Below, piece after piece: positions 49,430 to 59,573 of a DNA stretch of 64,000 bases. The notes under the pieces were generated by a model that searched no databases, had not been told where the DNA came from, and saw only the letters and a list, made by a program, of their open reading frames with translations. The position numbers and the translations under genes were made by a program. Within the stretch, counting starts at the first letter, position 1. Every line of letters begins with the position of its first letter. The stretch is from Bacteriovoracaceae bacterium. GTDB taxonomy: Bacteria > Bdellovibrionota > Bacteriovoracia > Bacteriovoracales > Bacteriovoracaceae. The stretch lies in NCBI GenBank assembly GCA_018649885.1, contig JABIHA010000086.1:62001-126000 (forward strand). The letters run 5' to 3'.

Positions 49430-51412
49430 ATGAAAAAAGCTATTACAAAAATTTTAATCGCTAACCGCGGAGAAATTGCTGTTAGGATTTCAAAGACCTG
49501 TCGCAAAATGGGAATTCAAGTTGTCTGTGTCTATTCAGATGCCGATCGAAATGGGCTACATGTGAGCTTTGCTGACGAAGCCTACTATATTGGAAATTCT
49601 CCCAGTGCAGAATCCTATTTGCTTGGAGATAAAATTATAGAAGTGGCCAAGAGTTGTGGTGCTGATGCCATTCATCCAGGATATGGATTTTTAGCAGAAA
49701 ATTCAGAATTTTCAAAAATGTGCGAGAGCGCAGGAATAGTATTTATTGGGCCTACACCTGATTCGATTTTAAAAATGGGTTTGAAAAACCAGGCCAAAGA
49801 AATTGCCATCAAATCAGATGTTCCAACCATCCCAGGGTATAACGGCGAAGACCAATCAATTTCCACTTTTAAGAGTCGTGCAAGCGAGCTAGGACTTCCG
49901 GTTCTTCTCAAGGCCTCTGCTGGTGGAGGTGGCAAGGGAATGGTGATCGTGAGTGATATGAAGGATTTTGAGGCATCCTATGATCGTGCGAAAAGAGAAT
50001 CTCAGAAATCCTTTGGTAATGACCACTTAATGCTAGAGCGCTACTTTCCATCATGTAAGCATATTGAGGTACAAGTTTTTGGAGATGGTAATGGAACGGT
50101 AATCCATTTATTTGAAAGAGAGTGCTCTCTTCAAAGAAGGCACCAAAAGATCATTGAAGAAGCACCAAGTCCTTCAATTGATCAGGATGTACGTAGTAAA
50201 ATTTGTCAGGCGGCCGTGCGTTTAGCAGAGTCTGTAAATTACAAAGGTGCAGGAACCGTTGAGTTTATCTATGACTCTAGCACAAAGGAATTCTATTTTC
50301 TTGAAATGAATACTAGGCTTCAGGTAGAGCATCCTGTCACAGAAGAAATTACAGGTCTGGATCTTGTTCAGATGCAAATTGAAGTGGCCTCAGGAGATGG
50401 ACTTTCAGTTGAACAAGTTGATGTGCAAATGAATGGGCACTCTATTGAATGCAGAGTTTATACTGAAGATGTGGCAGGAGGATTTCTTCCAGGTGCCGGC
50501 CGTGTTATTCACTTTTCAGTTGATAGTGGAAGTGATTGTCGTGTAGATAGCGCGATTAGAGAAAATGATGATGTCACAATTTTCTACGATCCAATGGTGG
50601 CCAAACTCATTACCCATGGTGGCTCAAGGCATGTTGCTATCAATAAAATGCTTGGCAGTCTTAGAAAAACTGTATTTTGGGGGCCGAAGAATAATCTTAA
50701 ACTTCTGGCCGAACTTCTAAAAAGTGATCAGTACGTTGATGGAAGTTTTAATACTAATTTTGTAGAGCAAAATATTGAATCATTGATATCCAAAACCAGC
50801 TCCAAAAATGAGTTTCTTGCACTCGCTTGGACCATTTATCACTTCAATAAATTGGATGGAAATATTCCCTGGGGATTTCAAAATAATCCAGGGAACTCGC
50901 TCTGCGAAGAATTTAATTTTGATGGTGACGCCGTAAGTATCGCTTACGAGGTGACAAGAGATAGAAAGCTGGTATTTAAAAACCAGACTGTAGAATTGAT
51001 TGAGATCACATCAGCTGGTAGTGACCACGGAGAAGTGGCCTTTGGGTTAGATGGGGCAAGGCATCGATTCTTTGTCGGAGAAAAGGCCACTGCAGGAGAA
51101 TTTGATTATGAGATCTATGTTTCAAACTACTGTGGTGAATCAGCTCAGTTTCACGTTTTAAATAAAACACCTTCTCCTGAATTGAAAATTAAAGAAGGTG
51201 ATTATGCTTCTCCAATGCCCGGGAAAATTGTCAAAGTCTTTGTTAAACCAGGTCAAAGTGTGTCTGAAGGCGAGAGACTGGTAATTTTAGAAGCGATGAA
51301 AATGGAAAATGAAATTAGGGCCTATAAAGAAGGAATTGTATCAAGTGTGCTAGTTGCTCCTGGAGAGCAGGTGGACTCAGGAAAAATACTCATTCAAATG
51401 AGGGGGGAATAA
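49430..51412 (+). CDS. Acyl-CoA carboxylase biotin carboxylase/BCCP subunit (AtuF/LiuD-like)
   Basis: ANRGEIA, HPGYGFL, GGGGKGM, EMNTRLQVEHPVTE, EAMKM. Confidence 0.92.
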   Translation: MKKAITKILIANRGEIAVRISKTCRKMGIQVVCVYSDADRNGLHVSFADEAYYIGNSPSAESYLLGDKIIEVAKSCGADAIHPGYGFLAENSEFSKMCESAGIVFIGPTPDSILKMGLKNQAKEIAIKSDVPTIPGYNGEDQSISTFKSRASELGLPVLLKASAGGGGKGMVIVSDMKDFEASYDRAKRESQKSFGNDHLMLERYFPSCKHIEVQVFGDGNGTVIHLFERECSLQRRHQKIIEEAPSPSIDQDVRSKICQAAVRLAESVNYKGAGTVEFIYDSSTKEFYFLEMNTRLQVEHPVTEEITGLDLVQMQIEVASGDGLSVEQVDVQMNGHSIECRVYTEDVAGGFLPGAGRVIHFSVDSGSDCRVDSAIRENDDVTIFYDPMVAKLITHGGSRHVAINKMLGSLRKTVFWGPKNNLKLLAELLKSDQYVDGSFNTNFVEQNIESLISKTSSKNEFLALAWTIYHFNKLDGNIPWGFQNNPGNSLCEEFNFDGDAVSIAYEVTRDRKLVFKNQTVELIEITSAGSDHGEVAFGLDGARHRFFVGEKATAGEFDYEIYVSNYCGESAQFHVLNKTPSPELKIKEGDYASPMPGKIVKVFVKPGQSVSEGERLVILEAMKMENEIRAYKEGIVSSVLVAPGEQVDSGKILIQMRGE

Positions 51413-51413
51413 T

Positions 51414-52556
51414 ATGTTAGGACTTACTGAAGAGCATAAGATTTTTAAAAAGACGGTTGCTGATTTTGTGAAAAATGAAATTAGACCTTATGTAGAAACA
51501 TGGGAAGAGGAGGGGAAAACTCCAAGATCTCTGTGGAAAAAATGTGGAGAATTGGGATTTCTTGGGATTAATTATCCTGAAGAGTATGGTGGTATGAATG
51601 CCGATTACAATTTCACAGTCATTTTCCATCAAGAGATGGGAAAGTGTGATTCCTGTGGAACTGCTCTGGGAATTTCTGTTCAAACAGATATGGCAACACC
51701 TGCACTCGTTAAGCACGGCAATGAATTTTTAAAAGAAACTTATTTAAAACCGGCGATCTCAGGAGATATGATTTGCTCAATTGCAGTATCAGAGCCAGAT
51801 CACGGATCTGATGTGGCGGCCATTGAAACCAGAGCGAGAAAAGAAGGGGCTGACTGGATTATCAATGGTGCCAAAACATTCATTACTAATGGTACACAAG
51901 CTGATTGGATAACTCTTTTAGCTAGAACGAGTGATGCCCCAGGGTATCAAGGTTTATCTCTATTTGTAGTTCCAACAAATATTCCTGGATACTCTACGGG
52001 AAGAGTTTTGAAAAAAACTTGTTACAACTCTTCAGATACAGCAGAAATTATTTTTGAAGACGTCAGAGTTTCTGAAGATCATTTAATTGGAAAAGAGGGC
52101 ATGGGCTTTGTTTATCAAATGGAGCAATTTCAAAAAGAAAGACTTGCTGGATGTGTGCTCGCTCTCGGTGCTATGAAGAGATGTTATGAGTTAACTAAAA
52201 GATATATCACTGAAAGAAAGGCCTTTGGAAAACCACTTTTTAAATTGCAAACAATTTCACATAAAATGGCCCAAATGATTTCAGAGATTAAATTGATTGA
52301 AAATTCTGTTTTTGCCTGTGCCATGAAGGCCAATGCGGGAATAGATTTTACCAAAGATGTCTCGATGCTAAAGCTGATTACTGCCCAATCACAAATGAGA
52401 GTGATGGAAGAGTGTGTTCAGATTCACGGAGGTTGGGGTCTTATGCATGAATATCCTGTGGCCCGTTATTTTAGAGATGCTAAGCTCACCGGAATTGGTG
52501 GTGGTACTAATGAAATTATGAAAGAAATCATAGCCAAAATGGAGGGGTTAGAATGA
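51414..52556 (+). CDS. Acyl-CoA dehydrogenase (AtuD/citronellyl-CoA dehydrogenase-like)
   Basis: VQTDMATPAL, SEPDHGSDVA, FQKERL (LCAD/IVD-position Glu), IGGGTNEIM. Confidence 0.88.
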   Translation: MLGLTEEHKIFKKTVADFVKNEIRPYVETWEEEGKTPRSLWKKCGELGFLGINYPEEYGGMNADYNFTVIFHQEMGKCDSCGTALGISVQTDMATPALVKHGNEFLKETYLKPAISGDMICSIAVSEPDHGSDVAAIETRARKEGADWIINGAKTFITNGTQADWITLLARTSDAPGYQGLSLFVVPTNIPGYSTGRVLKKTCYNSSDTAEIIFEDVRVSEDHLIGKEGMGFVYQMEQFQKERLAGCVLALGAMKRCYELTKRYITERKAFGKPLFKLQTISHKMAQMISEIKLIENSVFACAMKANAGIDFTKDVSMLKLITAQSQMRVMEECVQIHGGWGLMHEYPVARYFRDAKLTGIGGGTNEIMKEIIAKMEGLE

Positions 52557-53425
52557 GTGCAGAAAATAAAGCAGTTCTAACATGTGCATTAACAGGCGTG
52601 CTAACTGATCCTAAAATGCACAATGTACCTGTGACTCCCAAGGAAATGGCCTTTGCGGCCAAAGAAGCTTGGGATGCGGGGGCCACAATTGTTCACTGCC
52701 ATTTTAGAGATCAAAGAGAGGGTAGGGGAGCTTATCCAACATGGGATCCAGAAGTTGTCGCAGAAATTTGTGGGGAGATCAGAAACCAGGTGCCCGAGGT
52801 TTTGATTAATATGTCTACAGGTGTAATTGGTGATGATGTAACAGGGCCAATTGCTTGTCTTGAAAAAGTTAAGCCCGAAATGGCGGCCCTTAATGCTGGC
52901 TCTCTTAATTATTTAAAAGTAAAAAAAGATGACACGTGGGCATGGCCTCCAATTTTATTCGATAACACCGTTGAAAAAATTAAAAAGTTTGCGGATGTAA
53001 TGAATCAAAATGGAATCGTTGCTGAGTGCGAATGCTTTGATACCGGAATCGTTAGATCAATTTCGATGTTTAAACGAGTTGGTTTGTTAAAAGATCCTAT
53101 GAGTGTTTCTCTTGTCATGGGAGTGGCCAGTGGAATGCCAGCAAAAGCATCGTGGCTGCCGTTAATTGTTGAAGAGCTCCCTCCTGGAACACATTGGCAA
53201 GTTATTGGCATTGGTAGAGAAGAAGTCTGGAATCTTCACAAGAAAACAGCTGAGCTTGGAGGACATCTAAGAACAGGAGTGGAGGACACATTCTATCTAC
53301 CAGATGGAGAAAAAACTTCTTCAAATGGTAAGCTAGTCGAAGCCCTTGCAGATATTGTGAGAGATTCGGGGAGAGAGGTTGCCTCTATTGAAGATACAAA
53401 AAGATATTATGGGCTAATTAAATAG
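52553..53425 (+). CDS. Beta-keto acid cleavage enzyme (BKACE, DUF849/Kce family)
   Basis: TCALTG, HCHFRD, NAGSLN, GGHLRTGVED. Confidence 0.9.
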   Translation: MSAENKAVLTCALTGVLTDPKMHNVPVTPKEMAFAAKEAWDAGATIVHCHFRDQREGRGAYPTWDPEVVAEICGEIRNQVPEVLINMSTGVIGDDVTGPIACLEKVKPEMAALNAGSLNYLKVKKDDTWAWPPILFDNTVEKIKKFADVMNQNGIVAECECFDTGIVRSISMFKRVGLLKDPMSVSLVMGVASGMPAKASWLPLIVEELPPGTHWQVIGIGREEVWNLHKKTAELGGHLRTGVEDTFYLPDGEKTSSNGKLVEALADIVRDSGREVASIEDTKRYYGLIK

Positions 53426-53435
53426 TGAGAAAACC

Positions 53436-54206
53436 ATGGATGCAGAACTTTTAGTAAAAGTAGAAAATAAAATTGCCACTCTTACGATTAATCGTGAAAA
53501 AAAACAGAACTCCTTGTCAGAAGAGGTTCTCGATCTATTGTCTTGCTCGCTTGATGAGTTTGAAAATAGCTCTAAGGTAAGAGTCATTGTGATCACTGGA
53601 GCAGGAGAAAAGGCCTTTTGCTCTGGTGCAGACATTAGTGGCTTTAAAAACCCTAAAGACATCGCTAAGGTTAATAAGAAGTTTGCAAGACTTTTAACAC
53701 GGCTGACAACTTACCCAAAAGCGACACTGTCAAGAGTGAACGGGCTTTGCATGGGAGGAGGAATTGGTCTGATGTTGGCCTGTGATATCTCTCTATCTCA
53801 CCATGCATGTATCTTTTGCACTCCAGAGGTCAATATTGGGGTTTTTCCACTTATGATTTCTTCTTTAATATTTGAAAATGTGAAGAGCAAAAAAATCGCT
53901 AATGATATGATATTGTCGGGAAGAAGAATTAGTGGGGTTCAGGCATATGAATATGGCTTACTAAGTCAGATATACCCCTCAGATGATTTTGAGAGTGAAG
54001 TGGAAAAGTATATTACTGAGTTATCTAAGAAAAGCTCTCAAATTATTTCTTTTGGTAAATCTTCTATGGCAAAGGTAGCTGGACTTCCTTTTGATCAGGC
54101 CGTCATAGAGTTGTCCGGTGCCTTGAGCGAGATGATTACACTAGAAGATGCAAAAGAAGGGGTGAGGGCGTTTATGGAAAAGAGACCGCCAAACTTTAAG
54201 CATTAG
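53436..54206 (+). CDS. Enoyl-CoA hydratase (LiuC/AtuE-like)
   Basis: AFCSGAD, GGGIGL, TPEV, EGVRAFMEKR. Confidence 0.88.
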   Translation: MDAELLVKVENKIATLTINREKKQNSLSEEVLDLLSCSLDEFENSSKVRVIVITGAGEKAFCSGADISGFKNPKDIAKVNKKFARLLTRLTTYPKATLSRVNGLCMGGGIGLMLACDISLSHHACIFCTPEVNIGVFPLMISSLIFENVKSKKIANDMILSGRRISGVQAYEYGLLSQIYPSDDFESEVEKYITELSKKSSQIISFGKSSMAKVAGLPFDQAVIELSGALSEMITLEDAKEGVRAFMEKRPPNFKH

Positions 54207-54277
54207 CACAATGCGAGGGAATAATGAATTTCTACAGTGATTAAAAATGGTTTACGGACAGTGGAGACAGGGTAGTT

Positions 54278-55231
54278 ATGAATGTTAAATATCTTATAAG
54301 AGAATTTAGTAAATCACTTGGTCAAATAGAAGTGGCCTTACAGACACTTCTAGGAAAATCCATTGATGAAAACCATCAATTTACTACTGATAAAGAGTTG
54401 GGACAAAAGGTAGGGAATTTAGAGGGGGCCAATGTTTTTATTTCCGGGGGCTCAAGGGGGATTGGACTTGAAATCGCCAAACGATTCGCAAGAGATGGTG
54501 CTAATATTGTTGTGGCGGCCAAAACAACTAAGGCCCACCCTAAACTTCCAGGCACTATTTATACAGCAGCTGATGAAATCGAAAAAGCTGGCGGCAGGGC
54601 AATTCCCTTAGTTGTAGATATTCGCGATGAAAAAGTCGTAGAGGACGCTGTTGCAGAAGCTGTGCGCGAACTTGGTGGACTCGATATTATCATTAATAAT
54701 GCAAGTGCCATCTCTTTAGGGACATCTCAAAATACTCCCGTGAAAAAATTTGATTTGATGTTTGATATCAATGTGAGAGGGAGTTTTGTACTTACGAAAT
54801 TTGCTGTTCCCCATTTGTTGAAATCAAAAAATCCACACATTCTTACTCTTAGTCCACCTATAAATATGGATCCCAAATGGTTTAGTGCCTACGGTGCATA
54901 CACTTCTTCTAAATATGCCATGTCCTTGATGGCAAAGACGTTTGCAGAAGAGCTAAGAGTACACGGTATTGCTTCAAACTCCCTATGGCCTAGAACAACT
55001 ATCGCTACAGCAGCAGTGCTGAATATGGATGGGGGCAAATTAATGGAGAAGAGATCCAGAAAGCCCCAGATAATGGCCGACGCTGCCTATGAAATTGTTA
55101 CCAGGTCAGCAAAGACTTGTACGGGTAATTTTTTCATAGATGATGAGGTTTTGAAGATCGCAGGCTCCGCAAGTTTTGAAAAATACTCGTGCTTCCCTGG
55201 CTCGAAGCTACAACAAGATCTATTTTTGTAA
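54278..55231 (+). CDS. Short-chain dehydrogenase (AtuG/HSDL2-like)
   Basis: GGSRGIG, AAKT..HPKLPGTIY, NNASAI, YTSSK, LWPRT. Confidence 0.88.
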   Translation: MNVKYLIREFSKSLGQIEVALQTLLGKSIDENHQFTTDKELGQKVGNLEGANVFISGGSRGIGLEIAKRFARDGANIVVAAKTTKAHPKLPGTIYTAADEIEKAGGRAIPLVVDIRDEKVVEDAVAEAVRELGGLDIIINNASAISLGTSQNTPVKKFDLMFDINVRGSFVLTKFAVPHLLKSKNPHILTLSPPINMDPKWFSAYGAYTSSKYAMSLMAKTFAEELRVHGIASNSLWPRTTIATAAVLNMDGGKLMEKRSRKPQIMADAAYEIVTRSAKTCTGNFFIDDEVLKIAGSASFEKYSCFPGSKLQQDLFL

Positions 55232-55321
55232 TTCCACCTCTTTGCCATGTGCGTCGTGAGTTGAAAGACACGGCGTGCTACGCATAAATTCTAAACATTT
55301 TTAATTATCTGGAGAAAAGTT

Positions 55322-56896
55322 TTGAGAAAACTCTTTGTACTGCTTTCATTTATAATTTTGAGCGTGAGTTGCGCCAAAGGTCCCTTCGGCGATGAGGGAA
55401 GTTACTACCACAGTGATAGTGATAAGCTAAAAGATCTATCTCTCGATCATATTGAGATTACAGGGGATCCAGAATTCCAAGCAGTCTCTAGTTTAGATAT
55501 TCTCCAAAAAAAGATTTCAGATATTCATGGTGCTTCAGACATTTCAGATAGTTTTTGGGGTCTCAGAGTTGAATCCTTAAAGACAGGTGAGGTTATTTAT
55601 AATCACCAAGGGCGCAAGTTTTTTAGGCCAGCGTCCAATATGAAAATTCTCACTACCAGCTACACTCTTGAAAAGCTTGGTACTGATTTTAAATTTAAAA
55701 CCTCTATTTTCTTTGATCGGGCCCTTGGCGATGACTACTACTTTACAGTTCAAGGTAGTGGAGATCCTTCAATTAATAATCACTATAGAGAGCATCCTTC
55801 AAATCAAACTAAGTTTTTAAATTTTCTATCTGATGCAGTGGTAGAAAAACTAGCAGGGCTTGGGATATCGAAAGATAAAATCAATATCAAAATACAGCTG
55901 GACCCCTGGATATTTGCGGCCAAAAAGTTTAATACAGAATGGACCTACCACGATTTTTCTTATTGTTATGGAGCTCCTATATCTGGTCTTCAGATTGGAA
56001 GGTCGTGTGAGAATTTTACTATAACCTCAAAGACTTCAAGTGATCCTGTGGTGATTAAGACTCAAAATTCACTTAGCTCTAGCGTAGCAATCACCAACAA
56101 TATAAAACCTCAAAATGGATCATTAGATATTGGATATCATGTAAACCCATGGGGAAATGAAGTGCTATTTAGGGGAAGAATTCCTCTTAATCACAAATTC
56201 CAAACAAAGCTAGCGATTCCTGACTCGACTCTTTATTTTGGCGATCTAAGCGCTAGTGCAATTAGGAAAAAATCAAGAACTGAACTTCCAGAAATTGAGG
56301 CAACTGTTGAATTTTCAGTTCTCGAAAAGAGTGCCAGCACTAAAGCAATAGAATTAGTCGGAGATTATCAGTCTGTAAGGCTGGGCACTTTGGCCAAAGT
56401 TTTAATGAAAAATAGCAATAATCAATATGCGGAATCATTTTTATTGAGAGCAACTCCATTTGGAACTATTGGGGGAGCCATTTCAAACTTAAAAAGATTT
56501 TTGAGAAATGAGGTTGGAATAGATACTGGGGGAGTTGCAATCGCAGATGGCTCTGGAGCATCTCACTACAATTACTTAAGGCCCCATGATCTTCTTAGCG
56601 TGCTTAAATTTAATCATCAAAATGCTAAAAGATTTGAAGCTTTTAAAAAGACTCTACCTATCGCAGGCGTTGATGGTACTCTTTACAAGAGAATGAGATC
56701 TGGTAGTGCAAAGGGTAAGGTTTGGGCCAAAACTGGAACCGTCACTAGGTCCTCATCACTATCGGGTTACGTTGAAACGGCTGATGGGGAACTTTTGGTA
56801 TTTTCAATGCTGACTAATAATGGCTCTTCCTCTTCTTCTAAAATGAGAAGGGTTCAAGACCAAGTTTGTGAAGCCATGGCCAGCTTCAAAAGGTAG
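55322..56896 (+). CDS. dacB: D-Ala-D-Ala carboxypeptidase/endopeptidase (PBP4, S13) lipoprotein
   Basis: PASNMK (SxxK), SNN, DGSG, AKTGT; lipobox SVSC. Confidence 0.92.
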   Translation: MRKLFVLLSFIILSVSCAKGPFGDEGSYYHSDSDKLKDLSLDHIEITGDPEFQAVSSLDILQKKISDIHGASDISDSFWGLRVESLKTGEVIYNHQGRKFFRPASNMKILTTSYTLEKLGTDFKFKTSIFFDRALGDDYYFTVQGSGDPSINNHYREHPSNQTKFLNFLSDAVVEKLAGLGISKDKINIKIQLDPWIFAAKKFNTEWTYHDFSYCYGAPISGLQIGRSCENFTITSKTSSDPVVIKTQNSLSSSVAITNNIKPQNGSLDIGYHVNPWGNEVLFRGRIPLNHKFQTKLAIPDSTLYFGDLSASAIRKKSRTELPEIEATVEFSVLEKSASTKAIELVGDYQSVRLGTLAKVLMKNSNNQYAESFLLRATPFGTIGGAISNLKRFLRNEVGIDTGGVAIADGSGASHYNYLRPHDLLSVLKFNHQNAKRFEAFKKTLPIAGVDGTLYKRMRSGSAKGKVWAKTGTVTRSSSLSGYVETADGELLVFSMLTNNGSSSSSKMRRVQDQVCEAMASFKR

Positions 56897-56899
56897 GTC

Positions 56900-57319
56900 A
56901 TGATGAAAAATATTCTTTTTTTATGTACTGGTAACTCATGCCGTTCACAAATGGCAGAGGGATGGTGCAAGCACTACCTGTCCCATAAATACAATGTTTA
57001 TTCGGCTGGTACCAAAAAGCATGGTCTAAATCCAAGAGCAGTAAAAGTGATGGAAGAAGCGGGTGTTAATATATCCGATCATTATTCAAAAACTGTAGAT
57101 GAAATTGAAGATGTTGAATTCGATTATGTATTTACTGTCTGTGGTCATGCTAATGAAAACTGTCCTTATTTTCCAGGAGGAAAAGTCATACATATTGGGT
57201 TTGATGATCCGCCTCAGCTAACTAAGAATATGGAAGATGAGGAGAAAATTCTTTCCGTTTACCGTCGCGTTAGAGATGAAATTAAATTGTCTATTGAAGA
57301 AATTGAAACTCATCTTTAA
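56900..57319 (+). CDS. arsC: Arsenate reductase (LMW-PTP fold, thioredoxin type)
   Basis: LCTGNSCRSQMAEG, TVCGHANENCP, FDDP, VRDEI. Confidence 0.88.
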   Translation: MMKNILFLCTGNSCRSQMAEGWCKHYLSHKYNVYSAGTKKHGLNPRAVKVMEEAGVNISDHYSKTVDEIEDVEFDYVFTVCGHANENCPYFPGGKVIHIGFDDPPQLTKNMEDEEKILSVYRRVRDEIKLSIEEIETHL

Positions 57320-57439
57320 TATCCAAGCTTGTCTTATAAGAAGTTAAGATTATTTTATTTTTCATGAAGATATTTTAGGCCTAACTCTCACGCCTGTAAT
57401 GTAGAATACATTCAGTATCATTACTGATTATGGCGGGCC

Positions 57440-58792
57440 ATGAAAATACTTGTAGTAGATGATGAAATTGAAATTTGTCACTTAATAAAGCTATTGTTTT
57501 TAGCTGACTTTCCTTGTCAAGTTGATATTGTTTTTAATGGCAAAGAGGCCATCGATGCCATATCAAATGAGCAGTTTGATCTTATTATTTGTGATCAAAA
57601 TATGCCTGAGAAAAATGGAAATGAAGTCTTTCAGTATATTAACAATAATTCAATAAACCTCCCTTTTGTATTAGCGACAACAGAGGAGTGGGAGCATGTC
57701 CCCTATTTTACAACTAACCCTCTATTTTTTCAGATTCAAAAACCACAAATTGCTGAGGGGATTACAAAATTAATTAAAAAATTAAAAGATGAACCAAGTG
57801 ATGTCAGAGTAGAAGAAGGGGATCTCGTTGTTGAATTTTCTCCGGTGCCCATTGAAATTATTTATAAAATGGGCGCACTCCCTGTGGATATTTATTTAAA
57901 AATTAGAGATGGGAAATTTCTAAAAGTTATTAGGGCCGGAGATATCCTTTCTGGAGGACATCTCGTTAGATATAGATCAAAAAATGTTCACGATGTTTAT
58001 ATTGAAAACTGTGACATAAGACTATTAACGGGAGCAATGGAAAAAATCTTTGCAAATTTTTTCAATCGAGAGAAAAAAGGTGCTCTGAAACCAGACAATA
58101 TTATCGCATTCCAGGAAACACTTGTTGAAGGGTTCTCCCTTTTTCCTGAGGATCCACTCTTTCATCGCTATGTTACTGAGTTTAATAAATTGATGTTAGA
58201 GGTTGCCACTAAATATGAAGGTGTAGAAGATATTTTAATGCAGTTGATGGGTGATAAAAGAAGTTATATTTGTAAGCATGCCAGTGTGAGCCAGTATATT
58301 GGGGTCTTTCTTGCTAGGAAAATGACTTGGGATTCTGAGTTATCACTTGTCAAAGTTTCCATGGCCTTATTGTTTCAAAATATTTCTCTAATTCAAATGG
58401 ATCTAAATGATGAAATTAAGATATTTGATATTCAGCAAAATACAGCTGATAAACGAACGGTAAAAAGATACCGAGAACACAGTTTAAAAAGTGCACAGAT
58501 GATAGGTAATTTAACCAAAATGCCTATTGATCTAGATACACTTATACTAGAACACCATGAAACTCCCCTTGGAGAAGGTTTTCCTACAGGAAAGGATTTT
58601 GCTTACATCTCTCCTCTAGGAGCAATAGTAATCCTTTCAGGAGTTGTAGCTGAATATCTTTTATTTAATAAGGTATACAAGCTTGAAGAGCTTTCAGCAG
58701 ATGAGTTTTTAACCAAACTTGAAGATGAAGGTTTTTGCAAAGGGGTCTTTAAAAAGTTTTTTCCATTTCTTGAAGAACTACTTATTGGCTAA
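57440..58792 (+). CDS. Response regulator with degenerate HD-GYP domain
   Basis: LVVDDE..ICDQNMP receiver; HHETPLGEGFP; HD motif replaced (LLFQN). Confidence 0.75.
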   Translation: MKILVVDDEIEICHLIKLLFLADFPCQVDIVFNGKEAIDAISNEQFDLIICDQNMPEKNGNEVFQYINNNSINLPFVLATTEEWEHVPYFTTNPLFFQIQKPQIAEGITKLIKKLKDEPSDVRVEEGDLVVEFSPVPIEIIYKMGALPVDIYLKIRDGKFLKVIRAGDILSGGHLVRYRSKNVHDVYIENCDIRLLTGAMEKIFANFFNREKKGALKPDNIIAFQETLVEGFSLFPEDPLFHRYVTEFNKLMLEVATKYEGVEDILMQLMGDKRSYICKHASVSQYIGVFLARKMTWDSELSLVKVSMALLFQNISLIQMDLNDEIKIFDIQQNTADKRTVKRYREHSLKSAQMIGNLTKMPIDLDTLILEHHETPLGEGFPTGKDFAYISPLGAIVILSGVVAEYLLFNKVYKLEELSADEFLTKLEDEGFCKGVFKKFFPFLEELLIG

Positions 58793-59573
58793 CTTTCGCT
58801 AGCCAATTGGTCTTCACAAACCAACTATCATGAATTTTCTTATAACGACCATCACTTTTAATGACCAGAAGAAAATTATTTAACCAATTTAGAAAATTAA
58901 AATCATCTTGCCTGATGGCAATACCTACAGGCTCTTTAGTAAAAGGTTTTGCAATATGGACAACTTTACTTACTCCCTTTGTTATGGAGAACACATGGTT
59001 TGCAGGGAAATCGTAGACAAAAGCATCAACCCGAGAAAAAGCAACATCGAGCATGCCTGTTTCTCTGTCTTCATAGGTTTTGAGAGTTGCTCTTGGTAGA
59101 TATTTCTTGATAGCAAGTTCGCCCGTGGTGCCAAACCTAGAAGCTATTACAAATTTCTTATGGTTTAAGTCTTTGTAGCTTTTTACCTTTACTCTGTGTT
59201 TTCCCGCTATGATAATTGATTGCCCGGCCTCAAAATATGGAGTTGTAAAATTCACTTTGAGATTTCTCTTAGGTGTAATGGACATTCCTCCTAAGATTAG
59301 ATCAAACTTATTTGTCAAAAGAGCTGGGATTATTCCGTCCCACGAAGTATTAACAATTTTTAATTTTACTCCCATCTCCTTCGCCATTAATTTTGCCAAA
59401 TCTATATCAAAACCAATAATTTGCCCTTTCTTTGTTTTCATCTCAAAAGGCATATAGCCCACATCTATTCCTATTCTTAGGACTTTGTCTTTTTGAATTT
59501 GGGCAAGAGTGTCCCGTGAAAATCCGATAGAGCTTTGGAGAAGTATCATGATAATTAAAAATATTGTTTTCAT
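58782..59573 (-). CDS. Amino-acid ABC transporter substrate-binding protein (family 3)
   Basis: YMPFE, GFDIDLA, WDGIIPAL, GMSITPKR. Confidence 0.92.
   Translation of the reverse strand: MKTIFLIIMILLQSSIGFSRDTLAQIQKDKVLRIGIDVGYMPFEMKTKKGQIIGFDIDLAKLMAKEMGVKLKIVNTSWDGIIPALLTNKFDLILGGMSITPKRNLKVNFTTPYFEAGQSIIIAGKHRVKVKSYKDLNHKKFVIASRFGTTGELAIKKYLPRATLKTYEDRETGMLDVAFSRVDAFVYDFPANHVFSITKGVSKVVHIAKPFTKEPVGIAIRQDDFNFLNWLNNFLLVIKSDGRYKKIHDSWFVKTNWLAKVSQ

Noticed and set aside
55249..55278. GTGCGTCGTG / CACGGCGTGC hairpin after the SDR gene
   Set aside because: It needs several G-U pairs and has no U-tract; it may be a weak terminator but cannot be supported.
57412..57427. TCAGTA-TCAT-TACTGA as another end of the 101-bp element
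   Set aside because: The arms are only 6 bp, in the reverse arrangement, with no core sequence.
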